Assembly: GCA_038087875.1 (NCBI GenBank)
Contig: CM075979.1
Coordinates: 45,818,001 to 45,882,000 of the forward strand
DNA length: 64,000 nt
From: Malacoraja senta
Lineage: Eukaryota
Direction of reading: 5' to 3'
Below the pieces are notes generated by a model. It saw nothing but the letters and a program-made list of their open reading frames with translations. It did no database searches and was not told the origin of the DNA. Position numbers and translations under genes: made by a program. Below, one piece after another: positions 12,101-21,015 of this stretch; position 1 is the stretch's first letter; each line of letters begins with the position of its first letter.

Positions 12101-15100
12101 ATTCCTTCTTCCCAAAGAACATTACAGTTATTTGGAAAATAGATAACAAACTAATGCAGGAAACTAAAGCTGAAACGGAACCTACCTTAGGAACCGATGG
12201 TCGTTATAGCTTCACAGATCATCTGAAGTTCATCCCTGCAAGAGAAGACCTTGGAAAGATATTAACCTGTAAATTCCAGCATGAAAGTGTCATCGGCACA
12301 CAAAGAACTGACCGTAAATTGGATAAACTAAGTAAGGAAATGTTTTATTTCTTTTTTATTTTGAAAGATTGAACATCGTTGTCCATTTTTGTTCATTTAC
12401 CGAGAGTGATAGAGCATGGAAACGGGCCCTTTGGCCCAAATTGCCCACACCAGCCAACATGTCCCAGCTACACTAGTCCCCCCTGCTTGCGTTTGGTTCA
12501 TATCCCTCCAAACCTGTCCTAACCATGTACCTGTTTAACTGTTTCTTAAACATTGGGATAGTCCCAGCGTTGACTACCTCCTCTGGCAGCTTGTTCCATA
12601 CATCCACCACCCTTTGTGTGAAAAGGTAACCCCTCAGATTCCTATTAAATCTTTTCCCCTTCACCTTAAACGTAAGTCCTCTGGTCCTCGATGCACTTAA
12701 TCTGGGCAAGAGACTCTGTGTATCTACCTGATCTATTCCTCTCATGATTTTATATACCTCTATAAGATCACCCTTCACCGCCCCTGCACTTCAAGGCCCA
12801 AGTTATGTAAAGGAGGATAGTAAAATAAGAATATAAAGGAAGATAGTAAAAGCTTCTTTAGGTATGTGAGAGGAAAAAATTAGTTAAGACCAAAGTTGGA
12901 CCCTTGAAGACTGAAAAGGGTGAATTTATTATGGGGAACAAGGAAATGGCAGATGAGTTGAACAGGTACTTTGGATCCATCTTCACTGAGGACGACACAA
13001 ACAATCTTCCTGATATAGTGGTGGCCAGAGGATCTGGGGTGACGGAGGAACTGAAGGAAATCCACATTAAGCAGGAAATGGTGTTGGGTAGACTGATGGG
13101 ACTGAAGGCTGATAAATCCCCAGGTCCTGATGGTCTGCATCCCAGGGTACTTAAGGAAGTGGCTCTAGAAATTGTGGATGCATTGGTGATAATTTTCCAA
13201 TGTCCTGTGGATTGGAGGGTAGCTAATGTTATCCCACTTTTTAAGAAAGGAGGGAAAGAGAAAACAGGGAATTATAGACCAGTTAGCCTGACATCGGTGG
13301 TGGGGAAGATGCTGGAGTCAATTATAAAAGATGAAATAGCAGCACATTTGGATAGCAGTAACAAGATCGGTCCAAGTCAGCATGGATTTACGAAGGGGAA
13401 ATCATGCTTGACTAATGTTCTGCAATTTTTTGAGGATGTAACTCGGAAAATGGACAAGGGAGAGCCAGTGGATGTATTGTACCTGGACTTTCAGAAAGCA
13501 TTTGATAAGGTCCCACATAGGAGATTAGTGGGTAAAATTAGGGCACATGGTATTGGGGGTCGAGTGCTGACATGGATAGAAAATTGGTTGGCAGAGAGGA
13601 AACAAAGAGTAGGGATTAACGGGTCCCTTTCAGAATGGCAGGCAGTGACTAGTGGGGTGCCGCAAGGTTCAGTGCTGGGACCGCAGCTATTTACAATATA
13701 CATCAATGATTTAGATGAAGGGATTCAAAGTAACATTAGCAAATGAGTAGATGGCACAAAGCTGGATGGCAGTGTGAACTGTGAGGAGAATGCTATGAGA
13801 ATGCAGGGCGACTTGGACAGGTTGGGTGAGTGGGCAGATGCATGGCACATGCAGTTTAATGTGCATAAATGTGAGGTTATCCACTTTGATAGCAAAAGTA
13901 GGAAGGCAGATTACTATCTAAATTGTGTCGTTGGGAAAAGGGGAAGTACAATGGGATCTGGGGGTCCTTGTTCATCAGTCAATGAAAGTAAGCATGCAGG
14001 TACAGCAGGCAGTGAAGAAAGCGAATGGCATGTTGGCCTTTATAACAAGAGGAGTTTAGTATAGAAGCAAAGAGGTCCTTCTGCAGTTGTACAGGGCCCT
14101 AGTGAGACCACACCTGGAGTATTGTGTGCAGTTTTGGTCCCCTAATTTGAGGAAGGACATTCTTGCTATTGAGGGAGTGCAGCGTAGGTTTACAAGGTTA
14201 ATTCGCGGGATGGCTGGACAGTCATATGTTGATAGTTGATAGAATGGAGCGGCTGGGCTTGTATACTCTGGAGTTTAGAAGGATGAGAGGGAATCTCATT
14301 GAAACATATAAGATTATTAAGGTACACAAAAATGCTGGAGAAACTCAGCGGGTGCAGCAGCATCTATGGAGCGAAGGAAATAGGCAACGTTTCGGGCCGA
14401 AACCCTTCTTCAGACTATTAAGGGTTTGGACACGCTAGAGGCAGGAAACATGTTCCCGATGTTGGGGGAGTCCGGAACCAGGGGCACAGTGACGATTAAA
14501 CACTTTTTCTCACAGAGAGTTGTGAGTTTGTGGAATTCTCTGCCTCAGAGGGTGGTGGATACTTTGGATAAGCTTTGTGGATACGGTGGCTAGGTTCTCG
14601 GGATACTTTCAAGAGAGAGCTAGATAGGGTTCTAAAAGATAGCAGAGTCAGGAGATATGGGGAGAAGGCAGGAACGGGGTACTGATTGGGGATGATCAGC
14701 CATGATCACATTGAATGGCGGTGCTGGCTCGAAGGGCCGAATGGCCTACTCCTGCACCTATTGTCTATTGTCTGAGTTCCAATCATAAATTGCAAGAATT
14801 AGTGACAGACACAAAGTGCTGGAGGAACTCAGTGGTTCGGGCAACACCTCTGGAGAAAATTGATGGGTGATGTTTTAGGTCGGGACCCATCTGCAGACTG
14901 TTCTTCAGTCCCAATTCGAAACGTCATCTATCCATGTTCTCCAGAGATGCTGCCTGACCCGCTGAGTTACTACTGCCATTTCATTTGGCCATTCAGCCTA
15001 TCAAGTCTACTTCATCATCGATTCATAGTTGACCTATCTTTCCCCCTCAACCGCATTCTCCTGCCTTCTCCCCATATCCCCTGACACCCGTACTAATCAC

Positions 15101-18100
15101 CCCTGTCAATCTCCACCTTAAAAATATCCATTGACTTGGCCTCCACGGCCTTTTGTCGCAATGAATTCCACAGATTCTACACACTCTGACTAAAGACATT
15201 TTTCCTCATCTCCTTTGAAAAGATACATTGTAGCGCGACGATAATCCCGAAATGAAGGCGAGGAGGCAGGTGTTTCGGGAGACATTTTAATCGCTGTCCT
15301 TCTCCTGACCAGACGAGTCTGCAAGAGAGAGGTTGCACATAAACCCCTGCCCTTTATCCCTGTAGCTAAGGGCCGGCCCCGGACTCATCCATTCCCGTGC
15401 TGAGGGGTTAGATTGTGGAAATGGCCCGACCATTGGGAGCCGCCACATCATCATTTTATTCTGAGGCTGTGGCCTCTGGTCCGAGACTCTCCCACTAGTA
15501 GAAACAACCTCTCCACATTCACTCCATGTCTATTTTATGTCTATCTTTGCTATAAACCAGCATCTGCATTTGCTTTTGTATTACATTCTATCCAAGAGTT
15601 ATTGTTTTTTTGCAGTTTCTCCTCCGTTAATGGACGACATAGAAATTCAACCACAATGTCCCAAACCAGGAGATTTGACAACATTCTCGTGCCATGCACG
15701 TGGCTTCTATCCAAAGGATGTTATGTTCATGTGGTTCAAAAATGAGAAGAGGATTGATGAGAAAGAGATCACTTCTACTGACCCGGAGATCGATAAAAAC
15801 ACTGGCCTCTTCTGCTGTGAAAGTCGGTGGAAGTATATGATTTTACCTGATGATCATCAAATCGATTTCAAAGTTGAGGCTCTTCATTTTCAAACTTCTC
15901 ATCGACCCGCTAAGGTCTTTCACAGCTTAATCCTTGGAGGTATGAGATATAAAGTCATAGAGTCATACAGCCTGGAAACAGGCCCAGTTGCTCAACTTGC
16001 CCACACCGGCCAACATGTCCCATCTACACTAGTACCACCTGCTTACGTTTGGCTCATGTCTCACTAAACCTGTCCTATCCAAGTACCTACATAATTGTAT
16101 ACACCACTCTTTGTGTGAGAAAGTTACCCCTCAGATTCCTATTAAACCTTTCACCCATTTACCTTGAATCTATGTAGGGAATTGAAGAATGCAGGTGAAC
16201 AGAGGGATCTTGGAATAACTGTGCACAGTTCCCTGAAAGTGGAATCTCATGTACATAGGGTGGTAAAGAAAGCTTTTGGTGTGCTGGCTTTTATAAATCA
16301 GAGCATTGAGTATAGAAGTTGGGATGTAATGTTAAAATTGTACAAGGCATTGGTGAGGCCAATTCTGGAGTATGATGTACAATTTTGGTCGCCTAATTAT
16401 AGGAAGGATGTCAACAAAATAGAGAGAGTACAGAGGAGATTTACTAGAATGTTGCCTGGGTTTCAGCAACTAAGTTACAGAGAAAGGTTGAACAAGTTAG
16501 GGCTTTATTCTTTGGAGCGCAGAAGGTTAAGGGGGGACTTGATAGAGGTCTTTAAAATGACGAGAGGGATAGACAGAGTTGACGTGGATAAGCTTTTCCC
16601 ACTGAGAGTAGGGAAGATTCAAACAAGGGGACATGACTTGAGAATTAAGGGACAGAAGTTTAGGGGTAACATGAGGGGGAACTTCTTTACTCGGAGAGTG
16701 GTGGCTGTGTGGAATGAGCTTCCAGAGAAGGTGGTGGAGGCAGGTTCGTTTTTATCATTTAAAAATAAATTGGATAGTTATATGGATGGGAAAGGAATGG
16801 AGGGTTATGGTCTGAGCGCAGGTATATGGGACTAGGGGAGAATACGTGTTCGGCACGGACTAGAAGGGTCGAGATGGCCTGTTTCCGTGCTGTAATTGTT
16901 ATATGGTTATATGGTTATGTCCTCTGGTTCTCGATTCCCTTTCTCTGGGCAAGCGACTGTGAGTCTACCTGCTCTATTCCTCTCATGATTTTGTCATGCG
17001 TACATCATCTACTTTGTGGCTTGGACTAGTTCGGTTTCCCTGCCTTAATCTTCTTCTTGTCTGAAGAAAGGTCCCAACTGTATATAATATTATGGAGACA
17101 TATATAAGGTCGACAGTCAGAACCTTATTCCCCAGGGTGGAAATGCAAAGAATACAAGGCAGAGCTATGAATCGAGAGGTGGTAACTTTAACGGAGATGT
17201 GGGGGCAAGTTTTTTTAGACGGAGTGTGGTGGGTGTCTGGAATGGGCTGCTAGGGGTGGTGGTGGAGGCAGATACGATAGCGCCGTTTAAATTGCATTTA
17301 ATTAGGCACATGGATATGCAGGGAATGGAGGGATAGGGTTCATGTACCGGTAGATGAGATCAGTTTAGCTCGGCATCATGTTCAGCACAAACGTCGTGGG
17401 CCGAAGGTCCCGGTCCGTGGTTTACTTGTAACCTGAAAAATCTTCTGTCCATGTTGTCCAGAGATGCTGCCTGACCCACTGAGTTACTCCAGCACTTTGT
17501 GCTTTTACCGCAACAATTTTATCTGATGAGTTATCCTGGGCTTCTAAGCATTGTACTGTAATAACATTTAATCAGATTATAGAAGTTCTTGAACACACAA
17601 CAGACTGCAGATGCAGGTTTACAAAATGCTGAAGTAACCCATCGGGTCAGGCAGCATCTCTGGAGAGCATGGGTAGTGGGCCAATCTTCAGACTGATTGT
17701 TGGGGGGGAGAAAGCCAGAAAAAAGGGTGGGGAGGTGACAAAGCCTGGCGAGTGTTAGGTGGATTCATGTGAGGGGAAGGGTTTGATTATCAGATGCGGT
17801 GGACAAAGGCTAGGGATGAAAAGGTGACAAAATGGTGTCAAAAAAAGAGAGGTGAAAGTTTTTTTTCAAAGAACTTTGATATTTGAAGGAAACTTTAGTT
17901 GGGAAGTGTGGCGACTCTTGTGTAGGCCATTCGGCTCATCAAGTCTACTCCGCCATTCAATCATGGCTGATCTCTCTCTCCATCTTAATCCCATTCTCCT
18001 GCCTTCTCCCCATAACCCCTGACAACCGTATTAATCAAGAACTAATCAGGTGTAATCTACTATTCTTACACTCTTGTAGTTAGGTTTGTTAGTGTTTATA

Positions 18101-21015
18101 TATAGTAAGATTCTATTAGATTGTATGCAAAAGAAGAATTTCACTGTACCTAGCTATGCACTTGTGACAATAAATTACACCATTGATTTCTCGGGCACCC
18201 TTGGTTCCAGAGCATTGCTGGATTATCTGTTTTGCTGGACTAACAGAGGTCACAGCCTCTGAGAGGAGTCTAGCGGTACCAGAACGGTCCACCTAGGTTG
18301 CTGAGTGGCCGAGACACCGGCCTTGGAAGTTGGCTTTGGGAACAGATCTGCCTGCTGGCAACATGGGGCAAATGCAACTCGCCGGTCGGCCGCCGGAAGT
18401 CCTGATGAGGTCGAGGTCGGCCGTTTCATCGAGCCGAGGCTTCACATTTTTGGGGGGACTTCCCAGGGGTGGGTTAGGGGGGGGGGTGAGGGGGAGGATA
18501 ACAAGTGTGCTCTCCTAATTTTGTCTGGATTAAAGGTGTTGTTCCACCAGTTGCTGGAAAATCGATGGTGCACCTGTACCTTTGAACCCGTTGCAATGTG
18601 AAGCCAAAGGGAGGGATACAGGTGGAAGGGGAGGGGAGAGATAAGAGGAGAAATGGGTGTGCACCAGTGGGGCACAGTGAGGAGAAGGGGACAACTTGTG
18701 GGGGGATTATTAACCAGCATTGGAGAAGTCAATTGGGTTGTAAGTGGAATGTAAGGTGCTGTTATCAGGCAACTGAACCATCCTACCTCCAATTAGTGAG
18801 CAGTCCTGACCTACTCTCTACCTTCACACTATAATTGATCAGACTTTACTGTACTTTATCTTGCACTAAATTATATTCAAGTTACTCCCTTTATCCTGAG
18901 GATACACTGAGGATGGCTCGAATGTAATTAAGTATAGCCTGTCCACTGACTGGAGAGCACGCATACTTTGGTACAGGTGATATAAACTAAAATAAATGCC
19001 AGTTTGAGTGCAATTGTTCTGAGAAAAGGCAGATTTGTTTACGGCAACTCCACTATAATAAAATTGAGCAATATCTAAACTGTTGTCTGTTTTATTTTTC
19101 CAAATAGGAATTCCAAAGCTTTCTGATATCATTCTTGAGCCAGAAACTCCATTCTATGGCCAGCCTCTAGTTCTTAAATGCAACGTGACCAATTTTGCTC
19201 AGAATGGAATCTCCACCAATTGGCTAATGGACAATAAACCTATTTTGAAAGGAGTCAGGAATACAAACCCCAACAAAGAACAAGATGGATTTTATCAGTT
19301 GTGCTCCTGTCTGAAGCTGATACCCACAGCGTTACATTACAACAAGAAACTTGTCTTTGAGGTGAAAAATCTAATTACACCTGATGTTATCACCAAACAC
19401 TTATATTTACCACTTCCAGGTAAGTGAAACTGGTGGAAAGCCTTAATAATTGTTAACAAGGATGGAATTGATCAGTCGGGTACTAAGGTTTTAGAAAAAA
19501 AATTTGGGTGGCACAGAGGTGGAGTTGTGGACTTGCAGCACCAGAGACTCGGATTTGATCCTGACCTCGGGTGCTATCTATGCAGAGTTTGCACGTTCTC
19601 CCCTTGACCGGTTTCCTCCCACATCCCAAAGACCTGCAGGTTTGTAGGTTAATTGGCTTTGGTAAAATTGTAAATTGTCCCTTGTGTGTAGGTTAGTGCT
19701 GGTGAATGGGCTGATCGCTAGTCGGCGCATTCAGTGGGCAGAAGGCCCTGTTTCCACTATGTATCTCCAAGGTCTAAAGTAAAAGTTAATTGACATCTGT
19801 AAATTGTCCCCTAGTGTATAGGGAGTGGATGAGAAAATGGGATAACATAGAACTAGTGTGAATATGTTAGTGATAGGGGGTGGGGGTGGGGGGGGACTTT
19901 AAAAATCTTTCCCCTGCACGGGAGACCTGACCTTTTCTTTGTCGGGTCTCCGTTGTCGTTGGGGCTGGGCAACGTGGAGCGGCCTCCAGCAGGAACGACC
20001 TGTGGCTCCAGTTGCGGAGCTGCGGACTACTCACCGTCACGGGGCTGGCCGAGTTCGGAGCGGGTGGAGCTGTGGTGGAGACAATCGCTGCTGCTACCCG
20101 ACCCCCGGAGATTCGGAGGCTACAACCGCGGGTCCCTGGTGGGAGACCGCTTTTCGGGGTTCCGCAGCGGCGACTTCTCCCGCCCGAGTTGCGGGGTTGA
20201 AGAGCACCTGGAGCGGGGCTCTACATCGTCGCCCCGCGCGGCTTGGAGTGGCCGCCGGACTTTGCGAGCGCACACCGGGGCTCTAACACCAAGACCCGGT
20301 GCGCGACCTTGCATTAACCGGCGTGGCTTTAATGGCCGTGGGACAATTACCATCGCCCGCCGGGGGCTTTGACTTTGACTCTGACATCGGGGGAGGGGAG
20401 TGCAGTGGAGAGATAAGTTTTTTGCCTTCCATCACAGCGCTGTGATGGATGTATGTGTAAATTGTGTTGTGTCTCGGGTCTTCTTCGTTTTGTAATGTAT
20501 GGCTGCAGAAACGACATTTCGTTTGGACCTCAACGGGGTCCAAATGACAAATTTGTCCAAAAGACAAATAAATTGTATTGTATTGTGATGGTCAGCGTGG
20601 ATTCGCTGGGCCTAAGAGCCTGTTTCCTTGCTGTATCTCTGAACTAAACTATCCACTGTAGAAAGTGAGACCATTTCAATATGTGCATATTCTATTCCAT
20701 TTTAAGGTAATTTCCCCACTGTGTCTGAAATCTACTGCAAAGCTCCAGAGGAAAGCACAGTGGCTTCTTTCATGATTTCGTTGACTGAATATGTACCTCA
20801 GGAAATTGAGGTGAAGTGGTTCAAAGGAGAACAGCCCTATACAGGACCTGTCCATAATGGTCAACCTCAGATTGACAGCACTGGCCTCTTCTCTTCAACA
20901 ACAGAAATAGAATTTATTCCAGAACCATCTGATCATGACTTGGAAATCAGATGTGAGATATTTCATCTGGAAACAAAGAAAAGGATTGACCAAAAGTGCC
21001 GCTTAATATTTTGAG
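1..21015 (+). CDS. NCR3LG1-like: Multi-exon B7-H6/NCR3LG1-like IgSF gene, 5'-incomplete: V - C1 - TM - six C1-like domains
   Basis: Nine exons (1-190, 1516-1837, 7252-7368, 8952-9365, 10258-10650, 12020-12331, 15616-15939, 19108-19419, 20707-21015). All visible boundaries are AG/GT and phase 1, and internal lengths are multiples of 3 except the 322-nt second exon. Splicing them gives one continuous Ig-domain protein ending at TGA 21012-21014. That they form a single transcript is inference. Confidence 0.8.
216..515 (+). mobile_element. tRNA-derived V-SINE (HE1-like)
   Basis: A box TGGTGCAGCGG (227-237), B box GGTTCGATCC (270-279), conserved core GTGTGGAGTTTG..GGTTTCCTCCCAC, CR1-like tail AAGGGCCTGTTTCC. 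Confidence 0.85.
895..1235 (+). mobile_element. Rex1/Babar-like LINE 3' end
   Basis: Translates to [26 protein letters not shown]. Tail CATTTCGTTGTAC..TGCAATGACATTAAA followed by (TTGAA)n. Confidence 0.7.
1516..1837 (+). CDS. NCR3LG1-like: C1-set Ig exon (extracellular) with +1 frameshift at GGG 1664-1666
   Basis: Acceptor CACAG|CT, donor AG|GTAAGT. Motifs [26 protein letters not shown] and YVCLVRH. The exon is 322 nt and the ORF track switches frame at ILG/DHIC. The paralogous copy reads CTGGAC where this copy reads CTGGGAC. Confidence 0.88.
2107..2870 (-). mobile_element. Penelope-like element, GIY-YIG endonuclease and 3' end
   Basis: Minus ORF contains [44 protein letters not shown], a GIY-YIG domain of PLE type, followed by the PLE terminal sequence. 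Confidence 0.85.
2873..3630 (-). mobile_element. CR1 LINE 3' fragment inserted into the PLE
   Basis: [23 protein letters not shown] motifs, (CATAGAAA)n tail, and GTAT duplicated at both junctions. Confidence 0.9.
3633..4300 (-). mobile_element. Penelope-like element RT region (continuation)
   Basis: QGTRMGP, YIDD, FLDL and [13 protein letters not shown] motifs of PLE reverse transcriptase. Confidence 0.85.
4366..5850 (+). mobile_element. Inverted Penelope arm (interrupted at 4510-5270)
   Basis: [21 protein letters not shown] and CNRRKCHTC plus the terminal CCAGCATTTTTGTCTACCT. It is the reverse complement of 2107-3880. Confidence 0.8.
4510..5270 (+). mobile_element. CpG-rich non-coding retroposon-like element with LINE-type tail
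   Basis: Homologous to 42443-43111. Ends in TTCACTATACCAATTGGTGTATGTGACAATAAA and (GAACCTTT)n. It splits the PLE arm. Confidence 0.6.
6565..6870 (-). mobile_element. Penelope-like 3' fragment
   Basis: AGACAAAAATGCTGGAGAAACTCAGC terminus and GGACTACCTGAAATTAGAGAAG GIY-YIG tail sequence, as at 2110-2400. Confidence 0.75.
6870..7150 (-). mobile_element. V-SINE (HE1-like)
   Basis: Reverse complement of the SINE core and head (GGATCGAACCC B box). Confidence 0.7.
7252..7368 (+). CDS. Transmembrane exon
   Basis: Acceptor TTACAG|AG, donor G|GTAAAG, 117 nt, phase 1-1. [39 protein letters not shown] contains a ~25-aa hydrophobic stretch followed by basic KIFRK. Confidence 0.85.
7440..8330 (+). mobile_element. 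Degenerate CR1 3' fragments
   Basis: [15 protein letters not shown] and AAGGGCCTGT tail motifs, with multiple stops. Confidence 0.7.
8637..8820 (-). mobile_element. Penelope 3'-terminal fragment
   Basis: GGTACACAAAAATGCTGG..CCCTTCTTCAGACTGAT terminus shared with the other PLE ends. Confidence 0.75.
8952..9365 (+). CDS. Post-TM C1-like Ig exon 1 (138 codons; F-strand Cys and core Trp absent)
   Basis: Acceptor TTCTAG|TA, donor A|GTAAGT, 414 nt. Motifs [10 protein letters not shown] and [12 protein letters not shown]. Confidence 0.8.
9382..9668 (+). mobile_element. V-SINE (HE1-like)
   Basis: GGCACGGTGCAGC head, SINE core and tail. Confidence 0.75.
9750..10015 (-). mobile_element. V-SINE (HE1-like)
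   Basis: Reverse-oriented core and head (CAGGATCAAACC, CCACTGTGC). Confidence 0.7.
10258..10650 (+). CDS. Post-TM C1-like Ig exon 2 (131 codons; both Cys)
   Basis: Acceptor AACAG|TT, donor G|GTACAG, 393 nt. Motifs [27 protein letters not shown] and YVCEVEH. Confidence 0.88.
10920..11960 (+). mobile_element. Degenerate CR1 with an internal SINE fragment
   Basis: CR1 RT 3' nucleotide motifs, and a SINE core at about 11030-11225. Confidence 0.6.
12020..12331 (+). CDS. Post-TM C1-like Ig exon 3 (104 codons; both Cys)
   Basis: Acceptor TTCAG|CA, donor A|GTAAGG, 312 nt. Motifs [21 protein letters not shown] and LTCKFQH. Confidence 0.88.
12400..12790 (-). mobile_element. CR1 3' fragment
   Basis: [25 protein letters not shown]. 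Confidence 0.8.
12830..14772 (+). mobile_element. 5'-truncated CR1 LINE (RT domain)
   Basis: [33 protein letters not shown] and [10 protein letters not shown] motifs, with a (CTATTGT)n tail. Confidence 0.92.
14323..14415 (-). mobile_element. 93-bp Penelope terminal mini-insertion with 8-bp TSD
   Basis: TATTAAGG at 14315-14322 and 14416-14423 flank the insert. Removing it restores the CR1 sequence. Confidence 0.85.
15229..15447 (-). mobile_element. Putative solo LTR (219 bp)
   Basis: TGTAGCG..CGCCACA termini, ACAT/TCAT 4-bp flanks with one mismatch, and GATAAA and ATTAAA on the minus strand. It interrupts a CR1 tail. Confidence 0.55.
15616..15939 (+). CDS. Post-TM C1-like Ig exon 4 (108 codons; F-strand Cys absent)
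   Basis: Acceptor TGCAG|TT, donor G|GTATGA, 324 nt. Motifs [25 protein letters not shown] and FKVEALH. Confidence 0.86.
16172..16918 (+). mobile_element. CR1 3' fragment
   Basis: 223-aa CR1 RT C-terminal ORF and (ATATGGTT)n tail. Confidence 0.9.
19108..19419 (+). CDS. Post-TM C1-like Ig exon 5 (104 codons; F-strand Cys absent)
   Basis: Acceptor AATAG|GA, donor G|GTAAGT, 312 nt. Motifs [19 protein letters not shown] and LVFEVKN. Confidence 0.85.
19505..19870 (+). mobile_element. V-SINE (HE1-like) with duplicated tail
   Basis: Head, core and two CTAGTGTG tail segments. Confidence 0.7.
19900..20583 (+). mobile_element. CpG-rich non-coding retroposon-like element with Rex1-like tail
   Basis: GC-rich body, 22-bp palindrome at 20428-20449, stem-loop at 20522-20544, and AATAAA plus (TTGTA)n. 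Confidence 0.55.
20707..21015 (+). CDS. Post-TM C1-like Ig exon 6 (B-strand Cys absent), stop codon in the last codon
   Basis: Acceptor TTTAAG|GT. Motifs [16 protein letters not shown] and IRCEIFH. TGA at 21012-21014 is followed by G|GTAAAT. 309 nt. Confidence 0.8.

Noticed and set aside
18408-18440. Hammerhead from CTGATGAG
   Set aside because: No GAAA at a stem-II distance downstream.
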